A stretch of 64,000 nt of DNA, taken from positions 4,131 to 68,130 of the forward strand of contig WTZU01000003.1 of NCBI GenBank assembly GCA_009889625.1. Reading direction: 5' to 3'. This DNA is from Candidatus Hikarchaeia archaeon HikBin5 (lineage in GTDB: Archaea > Halobacteriota > Halobacteria > Halobacteriales > Hikarchaeaceae). The notes beneath the pieces are model-generated. The model had not been told where the DNA came from. It searched no databases and worked only from the letters and a program-made list of their open reading frames with translations. Positions 38,382 to 47,893 of the stretch are shown in pieces (positions within the stretch are counted from its first letter, which is position 1; every line of letters starts with the position of its first letter). The position numbers and the translations under genes are program-made.

Positions 38382-40214
38382 ATGGGTAGTATCAAACCAA
38401 GTAGTTATTTTTCAAATCTTTCCAACCCCATGCTTCGTCTATTGTCTTTCTATGGGGTTGCCAACCTTCGTAATTTTCTTGTAGGATTCTTCGGAAATTT
38501 ATTCGCCCGAATATCTGATCTTATCCCTCCGTTCCTCCTCGGAGTGGCAATAGATTCAATTATTTTACAAAATAAACCATTTTCAATTCCATTTCTACCC
38601 AACTCTTCACTCCCTCAATACCCCATTCCTCAGTTTTGGTTTGTTGTTTTTCTCATAGTATCTTCATTCATTATCAGTGCAATTCTCCATTGGTTTAGAA
38701 ATTGGGGGTGGAATTCATTTTCACAAAACATCCAACACGCAATACGCATTGACACATACGCCCATCTGCAAAATCTAAATATGGATTTTTTCGATAAAAA
38801 ACATAAAGGGGAATTAATGTCCATCTTGTCAAACGACGTCAACCGCTTAGAGATCTTCTTAAATGATGGATTTAATTCTATTTTTCGCCTGTCAATAATG
38901 GTTCTTGGAATTGCAATTTTATTATTTTTCATGAACCCTCCCCTGGCGGTAGTATCTCTTGTCACTATACCTCTAATTGCATTTTTTACATATAACTTTA
39001 CAAAATCTATACAACCAAAATATGCCACTGTACGGGCCACAGTTGGCAAGTTACATTCTCGACTAAAACAAAATTTAAATGCAATCCAACTAATTAAACT
39101 CTACAACACAGAATCCTATGAATCTAATCGCGTAGAAAAAATATCTCTAGACTATTACCATGCCAATTGGGATTCAATTACCACTAGAATAAAATTTTTC
39201 CCCTCTCTCCAGGTGATATCTGGAATTGGATTCACCATGACATTTATAGTTGGTGGATTTTGGGTTATGTCTGGCGATCTCCCTTGGATTTTTTCTACCC
39301 GTAGACTTTACGCCGGTGAATTTGTCACTTTTATACTACTCCATCAACAATTAGTCTGGCCAATGACGCAATTCGGGCAGGTTATCAATATGTACCAAAG
39401 AGCTAGAGCGTCAACTGTCAGAATATTCGGCCTCATTGATGAAAATAATCTTATATATGAAAAATCCAATGCCTCCGAATTAACAATTGATTCTGGAATG
39501 ATTACTTATCAGAATGTTTCATTTGGATATTCTGAGGACAAAATCTTGTCTGACATTTCATTCACTGCAGGGAAAGGGGAATCATTGGCAATAGTTGGCC
39601 ATAGTGGATCTGGAAAATCAACTCTACTACGATTACTATTAAGACTGTATGATGCAAATGAAGGATCTATACAGATAGATGGAACCGATATCAGAGATTT
39701 ATCTCTGAAAAGCCTTCGCAACAAAATTGGATATGTTGGCCAGGATATTTTTCTTTTCCATGGGACTGTTAAAGAGAATATCCAATACGGCACATTTGAC
39801 GCCACCGAAGAGGAAATAATTCAATCTTCGAAAGCGGCAGAATCTCATGATTTCATAATGAATTTACCCAATGGATATGATACTATAGTTGGAGAACGTG
39901 GAATCAAACTATCTGGTGGACAAAGGCAAAGAATTGCAATTGCACGAGCACTTTTGAAAGACCCTCCTATATTTCTTTTTGATGAAGCCACTAGCGACGT
40001 GGATACTCCCACGGAATCTCTAATATTAAATTTCATAAAGACCCGTCACTCTGAAAAAACAATATTGGCTATTGCCCACCGACTCTCTACGATTCAAGAC
40101 TCCACTAATATCCTAGTTTTACAAAATGGAATCGTAACTGAGCGGGGATCTCACCAAGATTTATTAGACCAAAGAGGCTTGTATTTTGAACTTTGGCATT
40201 CTCGAAATACTTGA
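38382..40214 (+). CDS. ABCB-type exporter (fused permease and ATPase)
   Basis: 610 aa. A 6-TM N-terminal domain is followed by Walker A GHSGSGKST, signature LSGGQRQR and Walker B FLFDEATS. Confidence 0.9.
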   Translation: MGSIKPSSYFSNLSNPMLRLLSFYGVANLRNFLVGFFGNLFARISDLIPPFLLGVAIDSIILQNKPFSIPFLPNSSLPQYPIPQFWFVVFLIVSSFIISAILHWFRNWGWNSFSQNIQHAIRIDTYAHLQNLNMDFFDKKHKGELMSILSNDVNRLEIFLNDGFNSIFRLSIMVLGIAILLFFMNPPLAVVSLVTIPLIAFFTYNFTKSIQPKYATVRATVGKLHSRLKQNLNAIQLIKLYNTESYESNRVEKISLDYYHANWDSITTRIKFFPSLQVISGIGFTMTFIVGGFWVMSGDLPWIFSTRRLYAGEFVTFILLHQQLVWPMTQFGQVINMYQRARASTVRIFGLIDENNLIYEKSNASELTIDSGMITYQNVSFGYSEDKILSDISFTAGKGESLAIVGHSGSGKSTLLRLLLRLYDANEGSIQIDGTDIRDLSLKSLRNKIGYVGQDIFLFHGTVKENIQYGTFDATEEEIIQSSKAAESHDFIMNLPNGYDTIVGERGIKLSGGQRQRIAIARALLKDPPIFLFDEATSDVDTPTESLILNFIKTRHSEKTILAIAHRLSTIQDSTNILVLQNGIVTERGSHQDLLDQRGLYFELWHSRNT

Positions 40215-40283
40215 TGTCCTTCCCCCTTCTCTCCGTCAGTTCACCACCGTTGATTACAAGGCCAATGGCAACATTGATACATT

Positions 40284-41006
40284 ATGGATTTATCTCAGGC
40301 AACTTCTGATGATGCCAAAAATACGACCTCAAAAATAGTCGTATTTCCTGTGGGGAGTACTGAACAACATGGTCCCCATGCTCCACTCTCAACCGACTTA
40401 TTATTGGCCACATCTATCGCAGAAGAAGGAATCAAGCAATCAACACACGAGGTCATTTTAGCACCTCCTCTTCCATTTGGGGTATCTGAGGAACATAGAA
40501 ATTTCTCTGGAACTATCTGGCTTTCCCCTTCTACATTTAGGAACTGCATCAAAGATGTTCTCAATTCCTTTATCTACCATGGATGGGATAAAATTATCAT
40601 CGTAAATGGCCACGGTGGGAACATAGATGCATTAAATGAAGTCTGCGCCGAAGTAACTCGAAACACTACAACTCCTGCATTCGCAACTACTTTCACTTGG
40701 TTTCTCTATTCAAATGATATCCCTATGGGGCATGCAGGTGAAGTCGAGACCTCTCTCTTATTATGCCAATTCCCCGATCTAGTTGACCATGACATGATAG
40801 AGGAAGCCACAATTAATTCTGGAGATTCTTGGGGGTCAAACGAACAAAGTGCACAAATGAAATATGACGTCGATCAATTCTCTAGAAATGGTGTTATAGG
40901 CGATCCTTCAGCGGCATCTGAACAATTCGGAAGAAAATTACTCAATGAATCTGGAATTTCTCTTGCTAAGCTGATAGACACCGTTTCCAAAATAGATGTT
41001 TCTTGA
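40284..41006 (+). CDS. Creatininase-family amidohydrolase (ArfB/MftE-like)
   Basis: VFPVGSTEQHGPHAPLSTD and IVNGHGGN...GHAGEVETS are the metal ligands of the creatininase fold. Confidence 0.8.
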   Translation: MDLSQATSDDAKNTTSKIVVFPVGSTEQHGPHAPLSTDLLLATSIAEEGIKQSTHEVILAPPLPFGVSEEHRNFSGTIWLSPSTFRNCIKDVLNSFIYHGWDKIIIVNGHGGNIDALNEVCAEVTRNTTTPAFATTFTWFLYSNDIPMGHAGEVETSLLLCQFPDLVDHDMIEEATINSGDSWGSNEQSAQMKYDVDQFSRNGVIGDPSAASEQFGRKLLNESGISLAKLIDTVSKIDVS

Positions 41007-41032
41007 TCACTTTACATTCCATTTTCAATTTA

Positions 41033-41392
41033 TCATTTCTTCTCTATTGATTCAACAAACATTAATGGATATCCGCCATCAACTTTCATTTTAGACACTA
41101 CCTCTGTATCTTTATATTCAATTTCAACTCTAACCTCCATCATATCACCTTTCAATTCAGTATATCTGTATTTCTCATTCATGGAATTTTGAACTTTATC
41201 TTTGAATATTTCAACTGATACTTCTGTACAATATGGTTGATTTTCAATTGATTTTTCAATCGCAGATGATAAACTCTCAATACTATCTATGCTTACTGGG
41301 GCTCCTGAAAACTGATGATATAGCGAACCAAGTTTAACACCTGCCTCGAAACAAGCAATTTCTGCTTCAGTTGGTTTCATACAACTTGACAT
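41033..41392 (-). CDS. Archaeal dihydroneopterin aldolase family protein (MptD-like)
   Basis: 119 aa. The N-terminal EAEIACFEAGVKLGSLYHQFSGAPVS resembles the conserved FE.GIK.G.LYHQF.G.P block of the archaeal MptD/PF04038 family. This is from memory, not searched. Confidence 0.5.
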   Translation of the reverse strand: MSSCMKPTEAEIACFEAGVKLGSLYHQFSGAPVSIDSIESLSSAIEKSIENQPYCTEVSVEIFKDKVQNSMNEKYRYTELKGDMMEVRVEIEYKDTEVVSKMKVDGGYPLMFVESIEKK

Positions 41393-41445
41393 TTCTGCCC
41401 TCTAAAGAAAAACTTACTTGTGCTTTCCCCCCTCATTGATCTTCA

Positions 41446-42189
41446 ATGAAGCAGACAGTATTACTAACTGGTGCACTAGGAAAGGTCGGGCGTACTATTC
41501 TTTCAAACCTCTATGAAAATTATATCTGGCGTCTACTCGATAATAGGTCTCCTGGTGAAGATTTTCCCCACGAAGTAATTGTAGCCGATATTCTGGATTC
41601 TTCTGCTATAGTGGAAGCAGTAAAAGGGGTAAGTTCAATTATCCACCTCGCAGGAGATCCAAACACATCCGCATCTTGGCAATCCGTCCTTAAAAATAAC
41701 ATAGAAGGAACCCAAATTTTGCTTGAAGCTGCAGTAAATGCCAATGTTGAAAAATTCATTTTTGCTTCTTCTAATCATGCAGTTGGGCACTATGAAACAA
41801 ACTCAACTCCTACTCTTCCCGAGTCCAATGTTCACTTCCCCCTCGATGGAACTGAGCTACCCCGGCCAGGAAATATATATGGAGTTAGCAAAGCATTCGG
41901 CGAAATCCTGGGGCGGTATTATCACGATGAATATGGGATTTCCGTACTTTGTGTTAGGATTGGAAATCTAAATGGCGAAACTCCTCCTGTCGATTACGCT
42001 CGCGGGCAATCCATGTGGCTTTCTAACCGGGATTGTGCCCATCTTTTTGATAGATGTCTTCAATCCAACTATGATTATGAAATAATATATGGGGTCTCTA
42101 ATAATGATGGCAATTATTACTCATTAGGCCGTGCCAAAGATATATTGGATTACAACCCCGTAGATAACTCTGCAGAACATGTCTCTTGA
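41446..42189 (+). CDS. NAD-dependent SDR, uronate dehydrogenase (Udh)-like
   Basis: Motifs are LLTGALGKVGR, FASSNHAVGHYE, the catalytic YGVSKAFGE and VLCVRIGN. The short length (247 aa) and the SSNH..G.Y motif resemble bacterial Udh. Confidence 0.7.
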   Translation: MKQTVLLTGALGKVGRTILSNLYENYIWRLLDNRSPGEDFPHEVIVADILDSSAIVEAVKGVSSIIHLAGDPNTSASWQSVLKNNIEGTQILLEAAVNANVEKFIFASSNHAVGHYETNSTPTLPESNVHFPLDGTELPRPGNIYGVSKAFGEILGRYYHDEYGISVLCVRIGNLNGETPPVDYARGQSMWLSNRDCAHLFDRCLQSNYDYEIIYGVSNNDGNYYSLGRAKDILDYNPVDNSAEHVS

Positions 42190-42197
42190 TTATAAAA

Positions 42198-42833
42198 CTA
42201 CTTAAATAATTTCTCAATAACTTCTTCATTGTTTCTTATCATTTCTACTCGGTTTTTTATTTGAGAATATGCCAGATCTCTTAATTCTGAATTTTTTACA
42301 AACACCACGATTAACTTTTCGATCTTTCCACGTTCCTTTCCTTCTATATGCTGTTCAATATGGTATATTGCCTCTTCAATGACTTCAGAATCATATGTCT
42401 CAATTTCTTCTGATATTACCATTGCAGCTATGAATGCCGCTTTAACCCCTAGATCTTCCAATTCCATTTTAGCACCTTCATAACTTATATAGGGAATTTT
42501 GTGTTCAGAGAATGAATTTATATCTTCTTTTAGATTTTTGATGTAATCTTTAATTAATATGATATCTACTCCTTTGTATGAGTCAGGTAGGTCTTTTAGA
42601 TATCTAAGGGAGCTCTCTGAAAGGCCATTTGCCCCTTCCCAATTTTTGTTAATACAATGGTATATTATTGCCGTAAATTGAATCAAACCTTGTAAAAATA
42701 ATTTTTCTTCACTTCCCTTCTCAAGTTTTAACCAATACATCTCCCATGCACCATGGGCAGCATGATATTCGCCACTATTGTAAATGGCAATGCCCGTTTT
42801 TAAGTAGATTTCAATGCAGTAATCCATTTTCAT
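42198..42833 (-). CDS. DUF309 domain protein with a C-terminal extension
   Basis: GIAIYNSGEYHAAHGAWEMYW...FLQGLIQFTAIIYH fits DUF309. It has about 100 extra C-terminal residues of unknown function. Confidence 0.55.
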   Translation of the reverse strand: MKMDYCIEIYLKTGIAIYNSGEYHAAHGAWEMYWLKLEKGSEEKLFLQGLIQFTAIIYHCINKNWEGANGLSESSLRYLKDLPDSYKGVDIILIKDYIKNLKEDINSFSEHKIPYISYEGAKMELEDLGVKAAFIAAMVISEEIETYDSEVIEEAIYHIEQHIEGKERGKIEKLIVVFVKNSELRDLAYSQIKNRVEMIRNNEEVIEKLFK

Positions 42834-42942
42834 TATATTTTATCCTTTCATTTATCTTATACAGTTGTTATATATGTTCAATATATTTAAAATCCATTTC
42901 ACATCTCTATATTTTTAAACCACCCTCTCCTTTTTAAAATAT

Positions 42943-44001
42943 ATGCCAATAAATGGACACAATGTTGTAGATGTGGATGCACATTTTCTAGAACCATTGC
43001 AAGATTTCTCAGATTATCTAGAAGGCCCTTGGAAATCTAGGTTCAGCGGTGCAACACGCGGGCGATTCATTCCTGGAAGTACCGGCGACCGGTGGGTTGG
43101 GGGCCGAATCATGCGCAATGTGACGTCCTATCCTCAAAATGATATGACGCCCGAGGAAATCCCCCGTATCATGAAACACGTTGGATTGGATAAGATAGTC
43201 TTACTTCCTAATAAGATGCTCTCTTTTGGGAAACTATCAAGTGATGAAATCGCAGTACCGCTCGCAAATGGGTATATTGATTATATGCTCGACAAAGTCG
43301 TTGACCCATCCGAAGGGATTTACACCATGGCAGTGGCACCATTTCATGACCCTGAGGAATCTGTAGCACTCATAGATCGAGTTGCTGATGAGAAAAGTGT
43401 GGTTGGCGTCTGTCTAGTCACTGCCGGACCGGAACCACCTCTTGGAGACCGGAGATATGATTCAATTTATGAAGCTTGCAGTTCTCACGGTTTACCTGCT
43501 GTTTTTCATGCAGGTGGGTCCAGTGTAGATAGTTTCTTTATAAGGGGGTATCGAAAATTCCTAGAAACACACACTTTGGGATTCTTGTGGAATAATATGG
43601 CCCAAATTGTAAGTGTGGTGATTCAAGGTGTCCCTGAAAAATACCCAAAACTAGACATAGTATTTCAAGAATCTGGAATTTTCTGGGTACCTTTGATGAT
43701 GCATAGGCTTGATGCCGAATACATGAAACGAAGATCTGAGGCACCACTTTTAACAAAAAAACCATCAAAATACATGCAAGAATTTTACTATGGTACTCAG
43801 CCAATAGAGGAACCTGAAAATCCCAAATACTTGCAACAAATCATCGAGATGATAGGTGGGCCAGAACGTCTCATGTATGCCTCTGATTATCCTCATTGGG
43901 ATTATGATCGACCTAGTGTCATTACAAATATGGATTTCTTGACTGATTCCGAACAAGGTATGATTCTTGGAAAGACAGCAGAGAGTGTGTTTGGTATATG
44001 A
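42943..44001 (+). CDS. Amidohydrolase_2 family protein (ACMSD / aromatic-acid decarboxylase-like)
   Basis: VVDVDAHF provides the N-terminal His pair context. HAGG and ASDYPHWD complete the metal ligand pattern of PF04909. Confidence 0.8.
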   Translation: MPINGHNVVDVDAHFLEPLQDFSDYLEGPWKSRFSGATRGRFIPGSTGDRWVGGRIMRNVTSYPQNDMTPEEIPRIMKHVGLDKIVLLPNKMLSFGKLSSDEIAVPLANGYIDYMLDKVVDPSEGIYTMAVAPFHDPEESVALIDRVADEKSVVGVCLVTAGPEPPLGDRRYDSIYEACSSHGLPAVFHAGGSSVDSFFIRGYRKFLETHTLGFLWNNMAQIVSVVIQGVPEKYPKLDIVFQESGIFWVPLMMHRLDAEYMKRRSEAPLLTKKPSKYMQEFYYGTQPIEEPENPKYLQQIIEMIGGPERLMYASDYPHWDYDRPSVITNMDFLTDSEQGMILGKTAESVFGI

Positions 44002-44366
44002 CACTAATACCAGTTTGTCCCGTGGAAGACTTGCCCGATGGGTCCCGAAAAATAGTAAATGTCCAAGATACTCCTATACTTGTACTAAATGCAGATGGAT
44101 CTTTTTACGCAATAGAGGCCACCTGTCCTCATCAACAGGGCCCCCTCGGACAAGGTATCGTACTCCCAAAACTAGAGGCAAAATTCATTAAACCAGGAAA
44201 ACGTGTTGATGAGTACTTTTCTGAAACTAGTCTTACCATTTCATGCCCTTGGCATGGCTGGGAATTTGATCTCTCCACTGGTGCTCATTGTGGGGATGCC
44301 GATGTAACCCTGAGTACATTTGAAGTAGTCCAAAAAGATGGTGAGCTATTCCTAGACTCTCCTTAG
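43998..44366 (+). CDS. Small Rieske [2Fe-2S] protein (NirD/ferredoxin-like)
   Basis: The Rieske motifs CPHQQGPL and CPWHGWEF are present. It has an ATGA overlap with the amidohydrolase. Confidence 0.85.
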   Translation: MTLIPVCPVEDLPDGSRKIVNVQDTPILVLNADGSFYAIEATCPHQQGPLGQGIVLPKLEAKFIKPGKRVDEYFSETSLTISCPWHGWEFDLSTGAHCGDADVTLSTFEVVQKDGELFLDSP

Positions 44367-44416
44367 TATTTTTGATAAATGATTAGTTAAAATAATATAC
44401 TACAATTCCAAATAAA

Positions 44417-45553
44417 TTAAGACGCGCCTTGTACTATAAGTGCATCTTGTTTGGCAATTGTAACTTTCAAATTTTGTCCAACTTTCAATTTACTTTGAGT
44501 AGATCGAACTTGAACAGTTGTATTATCTCCGATGGTGACGTCATAATAAACGGAAGCACCTCTGAATATTTTGTGAGTTATTTTGCCAGCATATTCGTTG
44601 GTTTCACTTGTTTTGTTGTATTTTGAACCCTTACCTGCTTTACTAGCAACTTCTATGTGTATTCTCTCAGGTCTGATGACAATAACAGGGTTCTTTAAAT
44701 CACTTTTCCCTTCGTGTCTACATACCATGTCCAATTTTTGATCGCCCTTTGTAATCGTAGCGTTTGCACTTTTTTTAGTTTTGGAAACTAATTCTGCATT
44801 AAACACATTTGCTTCACCTATGAAATTGGCCACAAATGGAGAATTTGGAGAATCATATAATGCTTCTGGATCTCCTTGTTGCATTTTAACACCATCTTTC
44901 ATTACACAGATATCATCAGAAATTTCAAATGCTTCTTCTTGATCGTGTGTAACATACACTGTGGTAACTTTGATTTCATCTAGTATATCCAGTATACTCT
45001 GTCTCATCCTCTTCCGTAGCTGGAAATCCAAATTAGACAATGGCTCATCCATTAAAAGTAACTTTGGCTCATAAGATATTGCCCGGGCGAAAGCAACACG
45101 TTGCTGCTGACCTCCTGATAGCTCCGATGGATATCTGTCCTCTACATTCCCTCCTGCCAATCCTACAAGAGATAACGCCTCTTGCACTCTGTCTTCTCTT
45201 CTATCTTTTGGATAGTCTTGATTTTTCAAGGCATAGAGGATATTTTCTCTAGCTGTCATATGTGGCCAGACAGCGTAGGACTGGAATACAAAACCAATCC
45301 CCCTTCTCTCTGGTGGTACATTTAAATCCGATGTAGAAACTACATCTCCAAACAGCTTTATTTGTCCCTCCGTTATATCTTCGAATCCCGCTAGGGCTCG
45401 AAGTGTTGTTGTTTTTCCGCATCCAGATGGACCGAGTAATGTGAATAATTCCCCTTCATTTACACTGAAATTAAGGTTCTTAACCGCATCTACTACGCTT
45501 CCACCTCCACTAACGAATCGTTTTGTCAATTTTTTAACTTCTACTGCAGGCAT
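44417..45553 (-). CDS. ABC importer-type ATP-binding protein (PotA/MalK-like with a C-terminal TOBE-like domain)
   Basis: Motifs are GPSGCGKTT, LSGGQQQRVAFARA and LLMDEPLSNLD. No cognate permease or binding protein is adjacent. Confidence 0.9.
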   Translation of the reverse strand: MPAVEVKKLTKRFVSGGGSVVDAVKNLNFSVNEGELFTLLGPSGCGKTTTLRALAGFEDITEGQIKLFGDVVSTSDLNVPPERRGIGFVFQSYAVWPHMTARENILYALKNQDYPKDRREDRVQEALSLVGLAGGNVEDRYPSELSGGQQQRVAFARAISYEPKLLLMDEPLSNLDFQLRKRMRQSILDILDEIKVTTVYVTHDQEEAFEISDDICVMKDGVKMQQGDPEALYDSPNSPFVANFIGEANVFNAELVSKTKKSANATITKGDQKLDMVCRHEGKSDLKNPVIVIRPERIHIEVASKAGKGSKYNKTSETNEYAGKITHKIFRGASVYYDVTIGDNTTVQVRSTQSKLKVGQNLKVTIAKQDALIVQGAS

Positions 45554-45713
45554 AACAGTGACTCATAACTAATGTTTCGTGGACTTAAACTTTCCTATTT
45601 TTCACAAATATTCTGTCTTAATTTATTATTATTTTTCAATTTAATTTAATAAATTTAAATATGAAATTAAATATTAATTAAAATATTTCTCCATTGAACA
45701 ACAATCATTTTTC

Positions 45714-46754
45714 TCATTCTTCTTCCATTTCTTCCAGCTCAATTTTTGGAATCATTTTCCCCCTAGCTGGGCTATATGAAAATATGTCTAATTGAATCCC
45801 TGCCTTTTTTCTAAGATTTTTTATTGCATCTTTACTTTCTCCTCTAAGATGTTTGTTTACTACTTGCATATTCCTCTCCTCCGACATATATGTCAACAGT
45901 GGAACTAACCTATCTTTTTGTGTTCTTGCCACCCTCCATGCAATCGACCAAATCATATCTACAATCGATTTTTTATTGTTACCACTCGATCCATAAAATT
46001 GTACTAACGATTCTTTTGGAGCATAATACTCTATAACTTCTTTCCAAGACCATTGTGGGGAGTTGACCACTGTATAGACTCCTGGATTTGTTTTTCCATT
46101 TTTACATGTCTGTATTGCCCTCACAATATGCTCTATATGAACTACATTTGATTCTAAATCTCCATCAGCATCCACGTATATCTCACCACCTTTGTTTAGC
46201 ATATTCTGCAGATCACGTGTTTGTTTCTGCATATTTCCCATCACATGACCAACTCTAAAAACATATATTTTCTTTTGATTTTTATATTTCCTATTCCAAC
46301 GCAAGCCTTCTTTGAGTAGCCTTTTTTCTACAAATAGTTTTTCTCTAACAAGACTATCTTTTTCATATTTCTTCGATAATTTCTTCCCCAATGAACTGAT
46401 CGAGCTAATATAAATAATGACTGAACTCCTCTTTGAGTATTTAACTAAATTATTGACCAAATTTTTATTCATTTCACGTGCCATGTCTGGCTGACCATGT
46501 GGTGCTCTTGGGGTGGCTTCTTTAATCAATATCACCATGTCCATTTCGGATAACGCTCGTGATGCATCTTCTTCAACAGTCATATCTGCTACGATACATG
46601 AAAAATCTCCATTTACTATTGCAGCAGATCCAATTTCACTTTGTATGATTGGGATCACTTCCATCCCCGATTTTTGAAGTAGTAGACATAATTCCATCTC
46701 CAGCATAGCATCTGCAGAATTCAACCCCATTGCATTCACAAGACCAATTTTCAT
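45714..46754 (-). CDS. Hypothetical protein, distantly extended-SDR/epimerase-like
   Basis: 346 aa. It has Rossmann-like beta-alpha periodicity and an epimerase-like NVVHIEHIVRAI block. The Gly-rich NAD motif is degenerate (GLVNAMGLNSADA) and I saw no clear YxxxK. It overlaps the upstream oxidoreductase gene by 4 nt. Confidence 0.35.
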   Translation of the reverse strand: MKIGLVNAMGLNSADAMLEMELCLLLQKSGMEVIPIIQSEIGSAAIVNGDFSCIVADMTVEEDASRALSEMDMVILIKEATPRAPHGQPDMAREMNKNLVNNLVKYSKRSSVIIYISSISSLGKKLSKKYEKDSLVREKLFVEKRLLKEGLRWNRKYKNQKKIYVFRVGHVMGNMQKQTRDLQNMLNKGGEIYVDADGDLESNVVHIEHIVRAIQTCKNGKTNPGVYTVVNSPQWSWKEVIEYYAPKESLVQFYGSSGNNKKSIVDMIWSIAWRVARTQKDRLVPLLTYMSEERNMQVVNKHLRGESKDAIKNLRKKAGIQLDIFSYSPARGKMIPKIELEEMEEE

Positions 46755-47845
46755 CTTATCTCTCCTTTATTTCCTTTTTTGTAAATTTCTGTAATGATTT
46801 TTGTCACTTCGACACTAGTCATTCGATTCACATCTATCTCTTCCTCCGACCAAATTTGTTGAATGAATTCTGCCCATCTCAAAAACACACCCTCTACAAA
46901 CGAAGTGGAATATTTGCCTGGTTCTATCGTAAAATAATCTCCCTCTTCGTTTGTATGAACTTCTATGGCTTCTCCCGATCCTGTATGGTCAAATTCAACT
47001 CGGGCATTTTGAAATTCAAAAATAGCTCTCGATTCAAATGGTTCAATACGACTAGCTTCATATTTCACTTCCACATCTGTATTTTTACTTGCCACCATGA
47101 CAATATCCACTGCTATGTCTAACTCCCCTTCCCACTTTATGTCCGAATTTTTAACTTCTATCTTGTATCCATTTAATATCTCTACAATTTGACTAATAGT
47201 ATGGCATCCACTTTCCATTAATACTCCTCCACCTGCCATTTTAATATTATTCCTATAGTGGCTTTTTCCTATCCCTGTGCTATTGACTAATCCTTCTTTT
47301 ATTTTCACACTTTTAAGAGGTCCAAATATTTCTGAACAAACTATCTCTTTCATCTGCCTCGTAGATGAGAACCACGTTCTCATATAATTACAGATCATCT
47401 TGCTGTTTAGTTCAATATATTCTTGATGTTCTTCAATATTCTTGGCAAATGGCTTTTCCACAAAAATTGCAGTCCCTCTACGCGAAAATTCTTCTATATA
47501 TGGACGTCTAACGCCCACAGGTATGGCTAGTAGGGCTATGTCACATTCTGGCAATTCCTCAACTCCTCCGTTCACATCCACTGAATCACATCCACATATC
47601 TTGGCCAGTTTATTTGCCCTACTTATATCTATATCTGCGATATATTTTATAGTAGTTTTTGAGTATTCTAAAAGAATAGGGATGTGCGTCCTTTCCGATA
47701 TCTTACCGGCTCCTATTACTCCCACTTCCATTCGATTGCCTTCTGACCCTTCGAAAATTGAATATGGGAGCTTCATAACTGGAAATTCTACCATTATCAA
47801 GCGTATAAGCCTTTTCGAATCCCTCTCATTTTTATCACTTACCAA
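46751..47845 (-). CDS. Gfo/Idh/MocA-family NAD(P)-dependent oxidoreductase
   Basis: MEVGVIGAGKISERTHIPIL is the Rossmann N-terminus, with EKPFA downstream. The track start at 47845 is a TTG. In-frame ATGs at 47776 and 47731 are more likely true starts. Confidence 0.75.
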   Translation of the reverse strand: MVSDKNERDSKRLIRLIMVEFPVMKLPYSIFEGSEGNRMEVGVIGAGKISERTHIPILLEYSKTTIKYIADIDISRANKLAKICGCDSVDVNGGVEELPECDIALLAIPVGVRRPYIEEFSRRGTAIFVEKPFAKNIEEHQEYIELNSKMICNYMRTWFSSTRQMKEIVCSEIFGPLKSVKIKEGLVNSTGIGKSHYRNNIKMAGGGVLMESGCHTISQIVEILNGYKIEVKNSDIKWEGELDIAVDIVMVASKNTDVEVKYEASRIEPFESRAIFEFQNARVEFDHTGSGEAIEVHTNEEGDYFTIEPGKYSTSFVEGVFLRWAEFIQQIWSEEEIDVNRMTSVEVTKIITEIYKKGNKGEIR

Positions 47846-47893
47846 ATTTCCCTAACCAAAACGCTAATCGTCTTAGCAGATTCATTTGTACCA

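Noticed and set aside
45554-45713. An extremely AT-rich 160-nt spacer, considered as a replication origin/DUE, a CRISPR leader or a mobile-element end.
   Set aside because: - I could find no ORB-like repeated boxes, no cdc6/orc gene nearby, no repeat-spacer array, and no inverted or direct terminal repeats.
- The region must already hold the terminator of the 45714-47845 operon and the promoter of the ABC ATPase gene. That is enough to explain the AT-richness.
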